DNA of 33,458 bases, from the NCBI GenBank assembly GCA_044450485.1, contig JBIOJD010000001.1, forward strand, positions 1-33,458, written 5' to 3'. The stretch is from Polyangiales bacterium (GTDB taxonomy: Bacteria; Myxococcota_A; Polyangia; Polyangiales; JAFGIB01). The position numbers and the translations under genes were made by a program. Below the pieces are notes generated by a model, which saw nothing but the letters and a program-made list of their open reading frames with translations, was not told the DNA's origin and searched no databases. Shown here piece after piece: positions 7,597 through 16,471 of this stretch (position 1 is the stretch's first letter; each line of letters starts with the position of its first letter).

Positions 7597-9944
7597 GCAA
7601 GCAGGCTGCGAAGAGCGGCAGCGGGACGCCGAAGAGCTCGCGCAGCTTCAAGTTACTTGCGCGCTTGCTCGTGCTGTTCTTCTTCGTGGCCGCGGCCTTC
7701 GTGCTCGGCGTCGTGGGCGTGTTCTCGTACTACAGCAAGGATCTGCCGAGCGTGAGCGCGCTGCGCCGCTACGACCCGCCGCAGGTGAGCCGCGTGGTCG
7801 ACCGCAAGGGGCGCGTGATCGCCGAGATCTTCGACGAACGGCGCACGGTCGTGCCGATGGAGAGCGTGCCGCGCGTGCTCGTGCTCTCGGTGCTCGCCGC
7901 CGAGGACGCCGACTTCTACCGCCACCGCGGACTCGACTACGCCGGGATCTTGCGCGCGCTCACGCGCGACGTGACGACGGGCAAGGCGATGCAGGGGGCG
8001 AGCACGATCACGCAGCAGATCGTCAAGAACCTGCTGCTGACCCCGGAGCGCACGCTCGCGCGCAAGGTCAAAGAGCTGATCCTGGCGCGGCGCCTGGAGC
8101 AGGAGCTGAGCAAGGACGAGATCCTCCATCTGTACCTGAACCACATCAATTTCGGGCACGGCCGCTATGGCGTGCAGGAAGCGGCGCGTTTCTACTTCGG
8201 CAAGGACGTGTCGCAGCTCGACCTCGCAGAATCGAGCATGCTCGCAGGCATGCCGCAGGCTCCGGGCAGGCTGTCGCCGCTGCGCCACTTGCAAGCCGCC
8301 AAACAGCGCCAGAAGTACGTGCTCGACCAGCTCGAGGCCAAGCGGCGGCAGTACTGGGACGACCTGTCGCTCGACGCGATTGAGAAGGCGCGCAGCGAGC
8401 CGCTGGCGCTCGTGGGCGAGGAGCGCAGCAACGATGCCGCGCCGGAAGTGGCCGCGGTCGGCACGCAGCTGCTCGGCTCCGTCGTCGGGAGCGAGGCGGT
8501 GAAGCACGGCGGCTATCGCGTCGAGACGACGATCGATCTGGAGCTGCAGCGCGCGGCACGCGACGCGCTGCGCGCTGGGCTGCGCGTGATCGACGCGCGC
8601 GAGCATCTGCTCGGTCCGCTGAAGGCCAGCAAGGCGCAAAACCGCATGCAGCGTGTCCAGAAGCTGGCGATTGGCCCGAGCTACCAGGGCGCGGTCCAGG
8701 CCACGGACGACGCCCGCGGCGAGATCGTGCTCGACGTCTCGGGTCACGAGGTGGTGACGAAGCTGCAGGACGTCGCCCGCTTCAACCCGAACGGCCTCCT
8801 GCCGAGCGCGTTTGCGCCGAGGGGCGCCGAGGTCGTGGTGGCGATCGACCAGCTCCCGGAGGGAGAGCGCAAGGCGCGGGGCCATCTGCTGCTCGGGCCC
8901 GAAGGCGCGGTGGTCGTGATCGATCCACGCACGCGCGACGTGCTCGCACTGGTCGGGGGCGAGAAGACCGAGTACGGCTTCGACCGGGCGTTGCAGGCCG
9001 TGCGCCAGCCGGGCAGCTCGTTCAAGGCCATCACTTACGCGCTCGCGCTCGAGAGCGGGAAGTACACGCCGGCGACGCTCGTGCTCGATGCGCCCGAGGT
9101 CTTCGACAAGTGGAAGCCGGATAACTTCGAGACCTGGAGCTATGCGGGCGCGGTGCGGCTGCGCGTGGCAGTCGCCCAGTCGATCAATCTCGTGGCCGTA
9201 CGCGTGATGAACGACCTCGGGCCGCAGAAGGTCGTGGCATTCGCCAAGCAGCTCGGGATCACGACGCCGCTCGACCCTTCGCTCGCGCTCGCGCTCGGGG
9301 CGAGTGAAGTGAGACCCATCGAGCTGGTGAACGCGTTCACCAGCTTCGACGCGGGCGGGCACTTCGCACCGTATCGGATCGTGAGCGCGATCCGCGATCA
9401 CAACGGCAAGGCGCAACCCTTGCCCGAGACGGACGCGCCACGCCAAGTCCTGCGTGCCGAGACGGCCTACGTGCTGACGAGCGTGCTTCGCAGCGTGGTC
9501 GAGGACGGAACGGGCAAGCTGGCGCGTAAGCTCGGCCGCCCCGCGGCCGGCAAGACCGGCACGAGCAACGACGCACGCGACACCTGGTTCGTGGGCTACA
9601 CCCCGGAGCTCGTCTGCGGAGTGTGGGTCGGCTACGACGACCACAGGCCGCTCGGAAAGGGCGAGACCGGCGGCAAAGCCGCGGTGCCGATCTGGGTCGA
9701 CGTGATGCGGGCCGCGCTCGGCGATCGCCCGGCGGTCGAGTTTCCAGTGCCCGAAGGCATCGATCGCGTGATGATCGATCCGAAGACGGGCCTGCGCGCC
9801 TACCAAGGCATGCCGAACGCGTTCGAAGAAGTGTTCTTGGCTGGCAGCGCGCCGAGCGAGACCGCGCCTTCTCCGGACACCCTCGACAGCGGCAGCTTCG
9901 TCATGGAGCAGCTCGGCGGCCGCGCCGCCGAGAAAACGCCGTGA
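7593..9944 (+). CDS. mrcA: Penicillin-binding protein 1A (bifunctional transglycosylase/transpeptidase)
   Basis: An N-terminal TM helix, then glycosyltransferase motifs (AAEDADFYRHRGLD, GASTITQQ, RKVKELILA) and transpeptidase motifs (SSFK, SIN, KTGTSND). The ATG overlaps the trmH stop (ATGA). Confidence 0.9.
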   Translation: MSKQAAKSGSGTPKSSRSFKLLARLLVLFFFVAAAFVLGVVGVFSYYSKDLPSVSALRRYDPPQVSRVVDRKGRVIAEIFDERRTVVPMESVPRVLVLSVLAAEDADFYRHRGLDYAGILRALTRDVTTGKAMQGASTITQQIVKNLLLTPERTLARKVKELILARRLEQELSKDEILHLYLNHINFGHGRYGVQEAARFYFGKDVSQLDLAESSMLAGMPQAPGRLSPLRHLQAAKQRQKYVLDQLEAKRRQYWDDLSLDAIEKARSEPLALVGEERSNDAAPEVAAVGTQLLGSVVGSEAVKHGGYRVETTIDLELQRAARDALRAGLRVIDAREHLLGPLKASKAQNRMQRVQKLAIGPSYQGAVQATDDARGEIVLDVSGHEVVTKLQDVARFNPNGLLPSAFAPRGAEVVVAIDQLPEGERKARGHLLLGPEGAVVVIDPRTRDVLALVGGEKTEYGFDRALQAVRQPGSSFKAITYALALESGKYTPATLVLDAPEVFDKWKPDNFETWSYAGAVRLRVAVAQSINLVAVRVMNDLGPQKVVAFAKQLGITTPLDPSLALALGASEVRPIELVNAFTSFDAGGHFAPYRIVSAIRDHNGKAQPLPETDAPRQVLRAETAYVLTSVLRSVVEDGTGKLARKLGRPAAGKTGTSNDARDTWFVGYTPELVCGVWVGYDDHRPLGKGETGGKAAVPIWVDVMRAALGDRPAVEFPVPEGIDRVMIDPKTGLRAYQGMPNAFEEVFLAGSAPSETAPSPDTLDSGSFVMEQLGGRAAEKTP

Positions 9945-9948
9945 AGGA

Positions 9949-10293
9949 CTACTGCTGCGCCAGTGCGCGAACGGCGTGCTCGAGGGACGGGATGAGCGCG
10001 GGGTCGGGATCGTCGAAGGCGACCGCCATGCGGTAGGGGAACATGCCGTCTGGGTCTTCGGTGTTGGGCTCGATGCGTACGACCTTGCCGCGCAAGATGC
10101 GTTCCGGCTCGGTCGCTGCGGGTACCGAGAAGCGCAGCTCGACGGCGGCGCCCACCTCGAGCCGAGTGCTCAGCCCGACGAGCATGCCCGTCGCGCTGAT
10201 GTTGCGGTTGACGGCGATACCGTCCACGTCGGAGCCGGTCACGCGCACCGGAAACCAAATCTGGTAGCGGCCGTGACTGCGGCGCTGCTCCAT
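9949..10293 (-). CDS. PilZ-domain protein (predicted c-di-GMP receptor)
   Basis: It has an RxxxR motif (RRSHGR) followed by N-x-S-x-x-G (NISATGM), the canonical PilZ binding signature. The track start at 10299 is TTG, so I prefer the ATG at 10293. Confidence 0.75.
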   Translation of the reverse strand: MEQRRSHGRYQIWFPVRVTGSDVDGIAVNRNISATGMLVGLSTRLEVGAAVELRFSVPAATEPERILRGKVVRIEPNTEDPDGMFPYRMAVAFDDPDPALIPSLEHAVRALAQQ

Positions 10294-10300
10294 CACCAAG

Positions 10301-10873
10301 TCACTCGCCTACTCCGCCTAAGCTGGCGATCTTGGCCCTGCGCTCGGCCAATCCGTGGGCGACCCGTGCGCGGGGATCGTGGCGAGGATCGGTCACGCCC
10401 CAGAGCACCATCTGCGCCAACGCTTGCTCGTGCTGTTCCAGCGCGACGAGCGCAGCGGGGGAGCACAGGTAACGCGAAGGTGAGTCCACGGGCGTCGCCT
10501 CTTCGCTGCCGAGCGACCGCAGGCAGCGCGCGCGCGCAACGCTCGCCGTCGCGAGCGCGTCGTCGATGCGGCCTACGCCCTCGTAAGCCTGCGCCAAGCG
10601 ATGCGTCAGCAGCGGGTCGGTCACGAGCTCGGGAGCGGCCGCGTGGACGACGCCGATCGCGAGTGCCGGCGCGTCGCGCCTGAGATACTCGGCAGCGAGC
10701 TGGCGCGCGACCGCCAGGTCGTCATGGGCAGCCGCGAACCGGTCCTCGAGCGCGGACAGCTCGTGCGTGGCGGCGGAGCCCGGATCGAAGGCCGCGGTCG
10801 GAGCTTCGGCCGCAAGGGCCCACGCTATCCCCGCGAGCACGGCCAACAACGCCAGGCTCAGCCGAATCTCCAT
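10301..10873 (-). CDS. Secreted alpha-helical hypothetical protein
   Basis: 190 aa with an ATG start. The signal peptide is MEIRLSLALLAVLAGIAWALAAEA. The mature part is A/L/R-rich and helical (TPR-like by eye only). Its stop lies 7 nt before the PilZ ATG. Confidence 0.5.
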   Translation of the reverse strand: MEIRLSLALLAVLAGIAWALAAEAPTAAFDPGSAATHELSALEDRFAAAHDDLAVARQLAAEYLRRDAPALAIGVVHAAAPELVTDPLLTHRLAQAYEGVGRIDDALATASVARARCLRSLGSEEATPVDSPSRYLCSPAALVALEQHEQALAQMVLWGVTDPRHDPRARVAHGLAERRAKIASLGGVGE

Positions 10874-11016
10874 GCTCTCCAGTCCCTACAGCCCACTGGG
10901 CGGCCGCCATCCGCGACCTGGTACCTCTCAGCATACACCGTTGGACGGCCGGAGGGGAGAGGCCTTCAGGGACTCACGGCGCGCGATGGCGTCGCGCCCG
11001 CGGAATCGCCGTGTGC

Positions 11017-12282
11017 TCAGCCTCGAAGCGTCGCCACAGAAGCTGCGCGCCGCGGCCGACTGGGCTTGACCGGCTTGCGGCTGCCGTTGCCGTTCGCGGG
11101 TTTGGCCGAACGCTTCTTCGGCAGCAGCGCGTCGGCGAGCTCGGCCGCGCGATCGGTCCGCTCCCAGGTGAAGCTCTTCTCGGTGCGACCGAAGTGGCCG
11201 TAGGCCGCGGTCGCGGCGTAGATCGGCCGACGCAGGTCGAGCGTCTCGATCAGCGCGGCGGGCCGGAAGTCGAATAGCTCGCCCACGAGCTTCGCGATCT
11301 TCGCGTCCTCGACCGCGCCGGTGCCGAACGTGGTCACGTACACGCCCATCGGCTTGGCGACGCCGATGGCATAGGCGACCTGAACCTCGCAGCGGCGCGC
11401 GAGCTTCGCCGCGACCACGTTCTTGGCGACGTAGCGCGCGAAGTAGCACGCGCTGCGGTCGACCTTGGTCGGGTCCTTGCCGCTGAACGCCCCGCCGCCG
11501 TGACGGCCCATGCCGCCGTAGGTGTCCACGATGATCTTGCGTCCGGTGAGCCCGCAATCGCCGTAGGGCCCGCCGACCACGAATCTGCCCGTGGGGTTCA
11601 CCCAGTACTTGGTCTTGTTGTCGAGGAGCTCGGCCGGCAGCACCTTCTTGATGATCTGCTCCCGCACGGCGTCTTCGATTTGCTTGTGCTTGACCTCAGG
11701 ACTGTGCTGGGTCGAGAGCACCACCGCATCGATGCGCGCCGGGCGTCCGTCGTCGCCGTACTCGACCGTGACCTGACTCTTGGCATCGGGACGCAGCCAC
11801 GGCAGCACACCCTGCTTGCGCAGCGCGGCCTGCTTCTTGACCAGCTCGTGCGCCAGCATGATCGGCATCGGCATCAGCTCGCGCGTCTCGTCGACCGCGA
11901 ACCCGAACATCAATCCCTGGTCGCCCGCGCCCTGGTCCTTGTACAGACCCTGTCCCTCGGTCACGCCTTGCGAGATGTCCGGCGACTGTTGCTCGAGCGC
12001 GGTGAGCACGGCGCAGGTGTCGGCGTCGAAGCCCATCGCGGAATCGGTGTAACCGATCTCGCGAATCGTGCTGCGCACCAACTTCGAGACATCGAGCGTC
12101 GCCTTGGTCGTGATCTCACCAGCCACGATCGCGTAGCCGGTCTTGACCATCGACTCGCAGGCCACGCGCGCCCGGGGATCACTCGCGAGCGCTGCATCGA
12201 GCACCGCATCCGAGATCGCGTCGCAGATCTTGTCGGGATGACCTTCGGAAACCGACTCCGAGGTAAAGAGATAACCTGCCAT
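11017..12282 (-). CDS. metK: S-adenosylmethionine synthetase with a roughly 33-aa basic C-terminal extension
   Basis: [40 protein letters not shown] and AAYGHFGR are all canonical MetK blocks. The tail [33 protein letters not shown] extends beyond the usual C-terminus. Confidence 0.95.
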   Translation of the reverse strand: MAGYLFTSESVSEGHPDKICDAISDAVLDAALASDPRARVACESMVKTGYAIVAGEITTKATLDVSKLVRSTIREIGYTDSAMGFDADTCAVLTALEQQSPDISQGVTEGQGLYKDQGAGDQGLMFGFAVDETRELMPMPIMLAHELVKKQAALRKQGVLPWLRPDAKSQVTVEYGDDGRPARIDAVVLSTQHSPEVKHKQIEDAVREQIIKKVLPAELLDNKTKYWVNPTGRFVVGGPYGDCGLTGRKIIVDTYGGMGRHGGGAFSGKDPTKVDRSACYFARYVAKNVVAAKLARRCEVQVAYAIGVAKPMGVYVTTFGTGAVEDAKIAKLVGELFDFRPAALIETLDLRRPIYAATAAYGHFGRTEKSFTWERTDRAAELADALLPKKRSAKPANGNGSRKPVKPSRPRRAASVATLRG

Positions 12283-12315
12283 GAATTGCCTCGCAGCTGA
12301 GAGCTTGGTCCACCG

Positions 12316-12344
12316 CTTGTAGACGGCAGAGTGTACACTGTCAA
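12316..12344 (-). promoter_or_regulatory. Probable metK promoter (TTGACA-N17-TACAAG) with a GTGTACAC palindrome in the spacer
   Basis: On the minus strand, TTGACA lies at 12344..12339 and TACAAG at 12321..12316. The spacer is 17 nt and contains the palindrome GTGTACAC (12331..12338). A GAGG Shine-Dalgarno lies 5 nt before the ATG at 12282. Confidence 0.35.
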
Positions 12345-12366
12345 CGCGACGGAGGGGGCCGGCGGG

Positions 12367-13986
12367 TCAGCCGATTGGCACCAGATACGGCTCGCGGTCG
12401 CGACACAGAACCGTGTCGCCGCGAAACCGGGCTTCGTCGGCTTGCGGGTGGTCGAGCGTGTAGTGCAGGCCGCGACTCTCCTTGCGGAAGCGCGCGCATC
12501 GGACGATCACCTCGGCGAGATCCGCGATGTTGCGCAGCTCGAGCAGGTCGAGCGTGAGCAAGTGCTTCCAGTAGTACTCGCGGATTTCGTCCTTGAGCAG
12601 CGCGATCCGACGTTGCGCGCGTTCGAGGCGCTTGTCCGAGCGCACGATGCCGACATAGTTCCACATGCAGCGCCGCAGCTCGTCCCAGTTGTGCGAGACG
12701 ACCACCGCCTCGTCGCTCGGCACCGCCTCGCCGACGTCCCAGGGAGGTGGGACGGCGTCGGGAGCAGCGGGCACCTCGGCCGTGAGCGCGACCGCTGCGC
12801 GCCGGCCGTACACGAGCCCTTCGAGCAGCGAGTTGGACGCCAAGCGATTGGCCCCGTGCAAACCGCTGCACGTGGTCTCGCCGATCGCCCACAGCCCGGG
12901 CACGCTGCTTCGGCCGTCGGCGTCGATGCGAACCCCGCCGCACATGTAGTGTGCCGCAGGCACGACCGGTATCGGTTGCGTGGTGAGGTCGATGCCGAAG
13001 CGCAGGCACTCGGCATGGATGTTGGGAAACCGCTCGCGCAGGTAGGCGGCCGGCCGCGCGCGCATGTCGAGCAACACGTAGTCGTCGCCGCTGCGCTTGA
13101 GCTCGTAGTCGATCGCGTGTGCGACCACGTCACGTGGAGCCAGATCAGCGCGCGGATCGTGCTTGCTCATGAACGCCGTGCCGTCGCGCAACTGCAGGAC
13201 GCCGCCTTCCCCACGCAAAGCCTCGCTGATGAGAAAGCTCTTGGCCTCGGGGTGGTACAAGCACGTCGGGTGGAACTGGAAGAACTCCATGTTCGCGATC
13301 TCCGCGCCCGCGCGGTAGGCCATCGCCACGCCGTCGCCCGTCGCGACGTCGGGGTTCGTGGTGTACAGGTAGACCTTGCCTCCGCCACCGCTCGCGAGCA
13401 CCGTCGCGCGTGCGACCACCGTGTGCACGGCCGAGGTGGCCTGGTCGAGCACGTACGCGCCGATGACACGCCGCGCGCCTCCGTAGCGCGAGCGATCGAT
13501 GAGATCGATCGCCATGTGACCGGTGAGCACGCGGATGCGCGGGTTCTGCATCACCGCGGCGTTCATCGCGCGCTGCACCTCGCGGCCGGTCACGTCACCG
13601 GCGTGGACCACGCGGCGAGCGCTGTGGCCGCCTTCGCGTGTGAGGTCGAGCTCGGCGTCCAGCGCATGCGTGCCGCCCACCCGGCTGAAGTCCGCGCCCA
13701 GCGCGATCAGCTCGCGCACGCGCGCGGGACCGTCGCGTACGACCCCCTCGACAACGCCGGGGTGCGACAGACCGCGACCGGCTTCGAGCGTATCGGCCAC
13801 GTGTTGCTCGAACGAATCCGCGGGGTCGAGCACGGCCGCAATGCCCCCCTGAGCGTGGGCGGTCGCCGACTCGTCGAGGTCGCGCTTGGTCACGACCAAC
13901 ACGTCCGCGTGGCGCGCTGCCTCGAGCGCGAAGGTGAGCCCGGCAACCCCGCTGCCGATCACCAAGTAGTCGCAACGAATCAGCAT
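12367..13986 (-). CDS. nadB: L-aspartate oxidase
   Basis: Internal ATG at 13986 of track ORF 12367..14202. DYLVIGSGVAGL (FAD fold) follows this start immediately. It also has HAQGGIAA, SEALRGEGG and GLHGANRLASNSLLE. The 72-codon upstream extension is R/S/P-rich and is not supported. Confidence 0.9.
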   Translation of the reverse strand: MLIRCDYLVIGSGVAGLTFALEAARHADVLVVTKRDLDESATAHAQGGIAAVLDPADSFEQHVADTLEAGRGLSHPGVVEGVVRDGPARVRELIALGADFSRVGGTHALDAELDLTREGGHSARRVVHAGDVTGREVQRAMNAAVMQNPRIRVLTGHMAIDLIDRSRYGGARRVIGAYVLDQATSAVHTVVARATVLASGGGGKVYLYTTNPDVATGDGVAMAYRAGAEIANMEFFQFHPTCLYHPEAKSFLISEALRGEGGVLQLRDGTAFMSKHDPRADLAPRDVVAHAIDYELKRSGDDYVLLDMRARPAAYLRERFPNIHAECLRFGIDLTTQPIPVVPAAHYMCGGVRIDADGRSSVPGLWAIGETTCSGLHGANRLASNSLLEGLVYGRRAAVALTAEVPAAPDAVPPPWDVGEAVPSDEAVVVSHNWDELRRCMWNYVGIVRSDKRLERAQRRIALLKDEIREYYWKHLLTLDLLELRNIADLAEVIVRCARFRKESRGLHYTLDHPQADEARFRGDTVLCRDREPYLVPIG

Positions 13987-14091
13987 CTTGCAGGTGGTTT
14001 TCTGTAGCACGGCGCGGCTGGGAATGGACCGCAGGCCGAGGATCGTTTTTGCGGGCGTGCGGGTTGTCGGCGGAGGCGCAGATTTGCGGAT

Positions 14092-14121
14092 TTGGCGCGA
14101 TGACGGCCGCACCGGTACAAT
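14092..14121 (+). promoter_or_regulatory. Possible promoter of the lytic transglycosylase gene (TTGGCG-N18-TACAAT)
   Basis: TTGGCG lies at 14092..14097 and TACAAT at 14116..14121. If this promoter is used, transcription would start near 14128, making the ATG at 14129 a (near-)leaderless start. This is a hexamer match only. Confidence 0.25.
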
Positions 14122-14764
14122 GGTCGCGATGCGCTCGCTCTGCCTGCTGCTGCTGCCGTGCCTGCTGCTCGCCGGCGTGCCCGGGCGGGCCGCAGCCGAC
14201 ATCTACCGCTTCGTGGACCGGGACGGTGTCGAGCACTATACGAACATTCAGCCGAGCGGACGCGGTTGGCAGCGCATCGCACGCACGCACGAGGGGCGCG
14301 GCCAGGCACCGCGCACAGCGTCGATCACGGCGCCCGACCCAGAGCGCCTGCGACGCTTCGACGCGCACATCCGCGAAGCCTCGCAGCTGTACGTCTTGCC
14401 CGAGGAGCTGCTGCGGGCGGTGATGCAGGTCGAGAGCAACTTCTACGCCACGGCGATCTCGAACAAGGGCGCCATCGGTTTGATGCAGCTGATGCCCGGC
14501 ACGGCTTCGCAGATGGGCGTGCTCGATCCGTTCGACGCGCGTCAGAACGTGCTCGGCGGGGCGCGCTTCCTGCGCTTGCTCGCGAACCACTTCGGTGGCG
14601 ATCTCGTGCTCACGATCGCCGCCTACAACGCAGGCCAAGGCGCGGTCGAAAAGTACTCCGGCATCCCGCCGTTCAGCGAAACACGCATGTACGTGCAACG
14701 CGTGCTCACCAACTACTACGCCTACCGTGCAGCTCAGCCCACGAACGCCCTCGCCCGTCGTTGA
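14120..14764 (+). CDS. Lytic transglycosylase (DUF4124-like N-terminus plus SLT domain), secreted
   Basis: Signal peptide MRSLCLLLLPCLLLAGVPGRAAA. DIYRFVDRDGVEHYTNIQP is the DUF4124 signature. The SLT catalytic block is VMQVESNF...GLMQLMPGTA...AAYNAGQGAV. The start is the ATG at 14120 or at 14129. Confidence 0.8.
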   Translation: MVAMRSLCLLLLPCLLLAGVPGRAAADIYRFVDRDGVEHYTNIQPSGRGWQRIARTHEGRGQAPRTASITAPDPERLRRFDAHIREASQLYVLPEELLRAVMQVESNFYATAISNKGAIGLMQLMPGTASQMGVLDPFDARQNVLGGARFLRLLANHFGGDLVLTIAAYNAGQGAVEKYSGIPPFSETRMYVQRVLTNYYAYRAAQPTNALARR

Positions 14765-14815
14765 GCGGCCGTCGATGGCAACTGAGGGGTGAATCGTCGC
14801 TTCGCGACGAGAGGG

Positions 14816-14893
14816 GAGCGAAGCTCCCGCTGCGCGTGGGGTGGGGCCCCGACGAATTCACTTCGTCGGGGCGGGGAGTCGCGTGACTCCCCG
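14816..14893. repeat. Hairpin-rich intergenic repeat, copy A (REP/MITE-like)
   Basis: The core 14834..14893 is 50/60 identical to the reverse complement of 16472..16531. A shared GAGCGAAGC block lies at 14816..14824. Perfect stems: CCCCGACGAA/TTCGTCGGGG (14847..14871) and GGGGAGTC/GACTCCCC (14873..14892). Two more hairpins lie just upstream, at 14794..14810 and 14814..14828. Confidence 0.6.
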
Positions 14894-14895
14894 CG

Positions 14896-15174
14896 TTACC
14901 GGTTCCAGAAGCCCGTGAGGCCGGAGCTGCCCAGTATCAGCACGACGAAGATCACGCCGACGATGGCGGCGCCCCAGGACTCGACCTCGCCCTTCCCGAC
15001 GAACGCCACCCCGAGCCCGAGCACGATCGCAAGCACGACGAAGCCGCAACCCTTGGCGAACGCTCCCGCGTAGGAGCGCTCTTGCGTGGACTGCGTGCTC
15101 GGCGCGGTTTCGGCCGGATCAGTCGGGCTGGAAGATGACTTGCTGGGTGGTGTCTCCATCGTAGAACCGATCAT
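14896..15174 (-). CDS. Small membrane protein (two predicted TM helices)
   Basis: 92 aa. An S/T/P-rich N-terminus is followed by GFVVLAIVLGLGVAFV and AAIVGVIFVVLILGS. The only ATGs (15174, 15159) lie inside the 3-prime end of the upstream glycosyltransferase gene, giving a 41-56 nt overlap. Confidence 0.4.
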   Translation of the reverse strand: MIGSTMETPPSKSSSSPTDPAETAPSTQSTQERSYAGAFAKGCGFVVLAIVLGLGVAFVGKGEVESWGAAIVGVIFVVLILGSSGLTGFWNR

Positions 15175-16468
15175 CGCGATCGAAGGTGATCGCGCCGAAC
15201 GCGTTCACCGCAAGAGCCCAGAGCGACAGTGCGAAGAACAGCTTACCGAACCGTCTCCCTCCTAGGGCCAGCAACGCGAACAGCGCCATGGCGTAGTCGA
15301 GGCTGAAGCGATAGCCGAACTGGATCCAGCCGCTGTTCTGGTACAGCAGGTCGAGCAGCGCGACCGCACCGGCCGAGAGCGCTAGCGCCGTCATCGTGAG
15401 CGTAGCGCGGCGCGGCCAGAGCACGAGCACGAGCTGCGGTGTCGTCACCCACAGCGCGAGACCGTGCCGGCTCAGCTTGAGATACGGCGCGTGCGCCGAG
15501 AGCCAGGGCAACGCGGTCAGAAACACCGCCAGGTTGCGTCCGAGGTAGTGGTAGTTGACCAGACCCCAGGTGTCGATGCGCGGGCGCCAGCGGATGTTGA
15601 GGTAGCTGTGGCCGAACTCGAATGAGTCGTCAAAGCGCGCAGCGTTCATCCACATCGCAATGCCCAAGACCAGCACGAGCGGGAGCGCGAACAGCACGAG
15701 CTTGCGCGCGGCCGCGCGTAGATCGAGACCCTTCACGCGCAGCAGGCCGGCCATGCTCGGCTGCGGCTCGCCCTCCGACCGCGTGACCCGCAGCGTCTCG
15801 AGCAGGAAGAACGCCCCGAGCAGCAGCGTGGTCGGCCGCGTCATGAAGGCGAGCGCGAGCGCTCCGCCGGCCAGCAGTGGCCGCCGCGCATCGAGCGCCC
15901 AAAGCAGATAGAGCGCGATCAGTGGGCATGCGACCACGTGGGCCGCGAACCAGACCGTTCCCTGAACGGCCGTATAGTAGAACGGGCTGCCGAATGCGAA
16001 CAGCGCCACGAGCAGCAGGTCCTCGCGCACGCTGCGTCCGCTCTGGCCGAGCTCGCGCAGCCGCCGCAGCAGCACGTAGAGCAGCGCAGGCGAGAGACCG
16101 GCCAGCAGCGCCCAGAACAGGCGGTCCCAGGTCGCCGTGCCAAAGAGCGCGACGAGCGGCGCGATCACAACCGCGGGAAATGGGGGAAACGAGACGTACC
16201 AGTGGCCGTGGTAGATGGCCCAGTCGTTGTCCCCTGGAGGCTTGGCTGTGAGCAGCGAAAGCTTTCCGTGGAGCAGGCTCTGCGCCAGGTACACGAAGTG
16301 CGCGTTGTCTGAGATGCCACGGATGCGCGAGCCCAGCGTGGCCACGTACGCGGCCGCGCTGAGCGCGTAGATGGCGAGCGGCAGCGCGGCGCGCCGGCGA
16401 GGCTCGGAGCCCAACATCGCCGCGCAGCATATACCTTTCGTGATCTGGAGGGTCACGCGAGGTTTCAT
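15119..16468 (-). CDS. Polytopic membrane glycosyltransferase, GT-C fold (family 39 / ArnT-PMT-like)
   Basis: 449 aa with at least 9 hydrophobic segments. The N-terminal loop FVYLAQSLLHGKLSL...DNDWAIYHGHWYVSFPPFPAVVIAPL resembles the first periplasmic loop of PMT_2/ArnT-like enzymes. An alternative ATG at 16417 (MLGSEP) is possible. Confidence 0.55.
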   Translation of the reverse strand: MKPRVTLQITKGICCAAMLGSEPRRRAALPLAIYALSAAAYVATLGSRIRGISDNAHFVYLAQSLLHGKLSLLTAKPPGDNDWAIYHGHWYVSFPPFPAVVIAPLVALFGTATWDRLFWALLAGLSPALLYVLLRRLRELGQSGRSVREDLLLVALFAFGSPFYYTAVQGTVWFAAHVVACPLIALYLLWALDARRPLLAGGALALAFMTRPTTLLLGAFFLLETLRVTRSEGEPQPSMAGLLRVKGLDLRAAARKLVLFALPLVLVLGIAMWMNAARFDDSFEFGHSYLNIRWRPRIDTWGLVNYHYLGRNLAVFLTALPWLSAHAPYLKLSRHGLALWVTTPQLVLVLWPRRATLTMTALALSAGAVALLDLLYQNSGWIQFGYRFSLDYAMALFALLALGGRRFGKLFFALSLWALAVNAFGAITFDRDDRFYDGDTTQQVIFQPD

Positions 16469-16471
16469 GAC

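Noticed and set aside
10874-11016. A possible rho-independent terminator downstream of metK, a GC hairpin around 10978..10998.
   Set aside because: The stem is only about 6 bp with a 9-nt loop and has no following U-tract on the relevant strand, so it is not convincing.
12283-12366. Possible SAM riboswitch in the metK leader.
   Set aside because: Only 84 bp separate the metK ATG from the nadB stop, and the best promoter match leaves a leader of about 27 nt. That is too short for any known SAM riboswitch class, and no conserved riboswitch helices are visible.
13987-14202. N-terminal extensions offered by the ORF track for nadB, the GldG-like gene (30243..30539), the DUF4340-like gene (28378..28560), the Slp-like gene (24829..25344), ccmC (22021..22281) and the PilZ-like gene (18281..18631).
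   Set aside because: In each case the conserved domain or signal peptide begins right after an internal ATG. That ATG is often translationally coupled (ATGA/GTGA) to the upstream gene. The extension is R/P/S-rich, and it would overlap a neighbouring gene or the divergent promoter region.
14789-15073. Plus-strand ORF (94 aa) spanning repeat copy A, and the tails of ORFs 14158..14886 (+) and 15630..16574 (-) that both translate the repeat as ...RVGWGP....
   Set aside because: The shared peptide simply reflects translation of the DNA repeat. These ORFs lack starts with an RBS, overlap better-supported genes, and have low-complexity composition.
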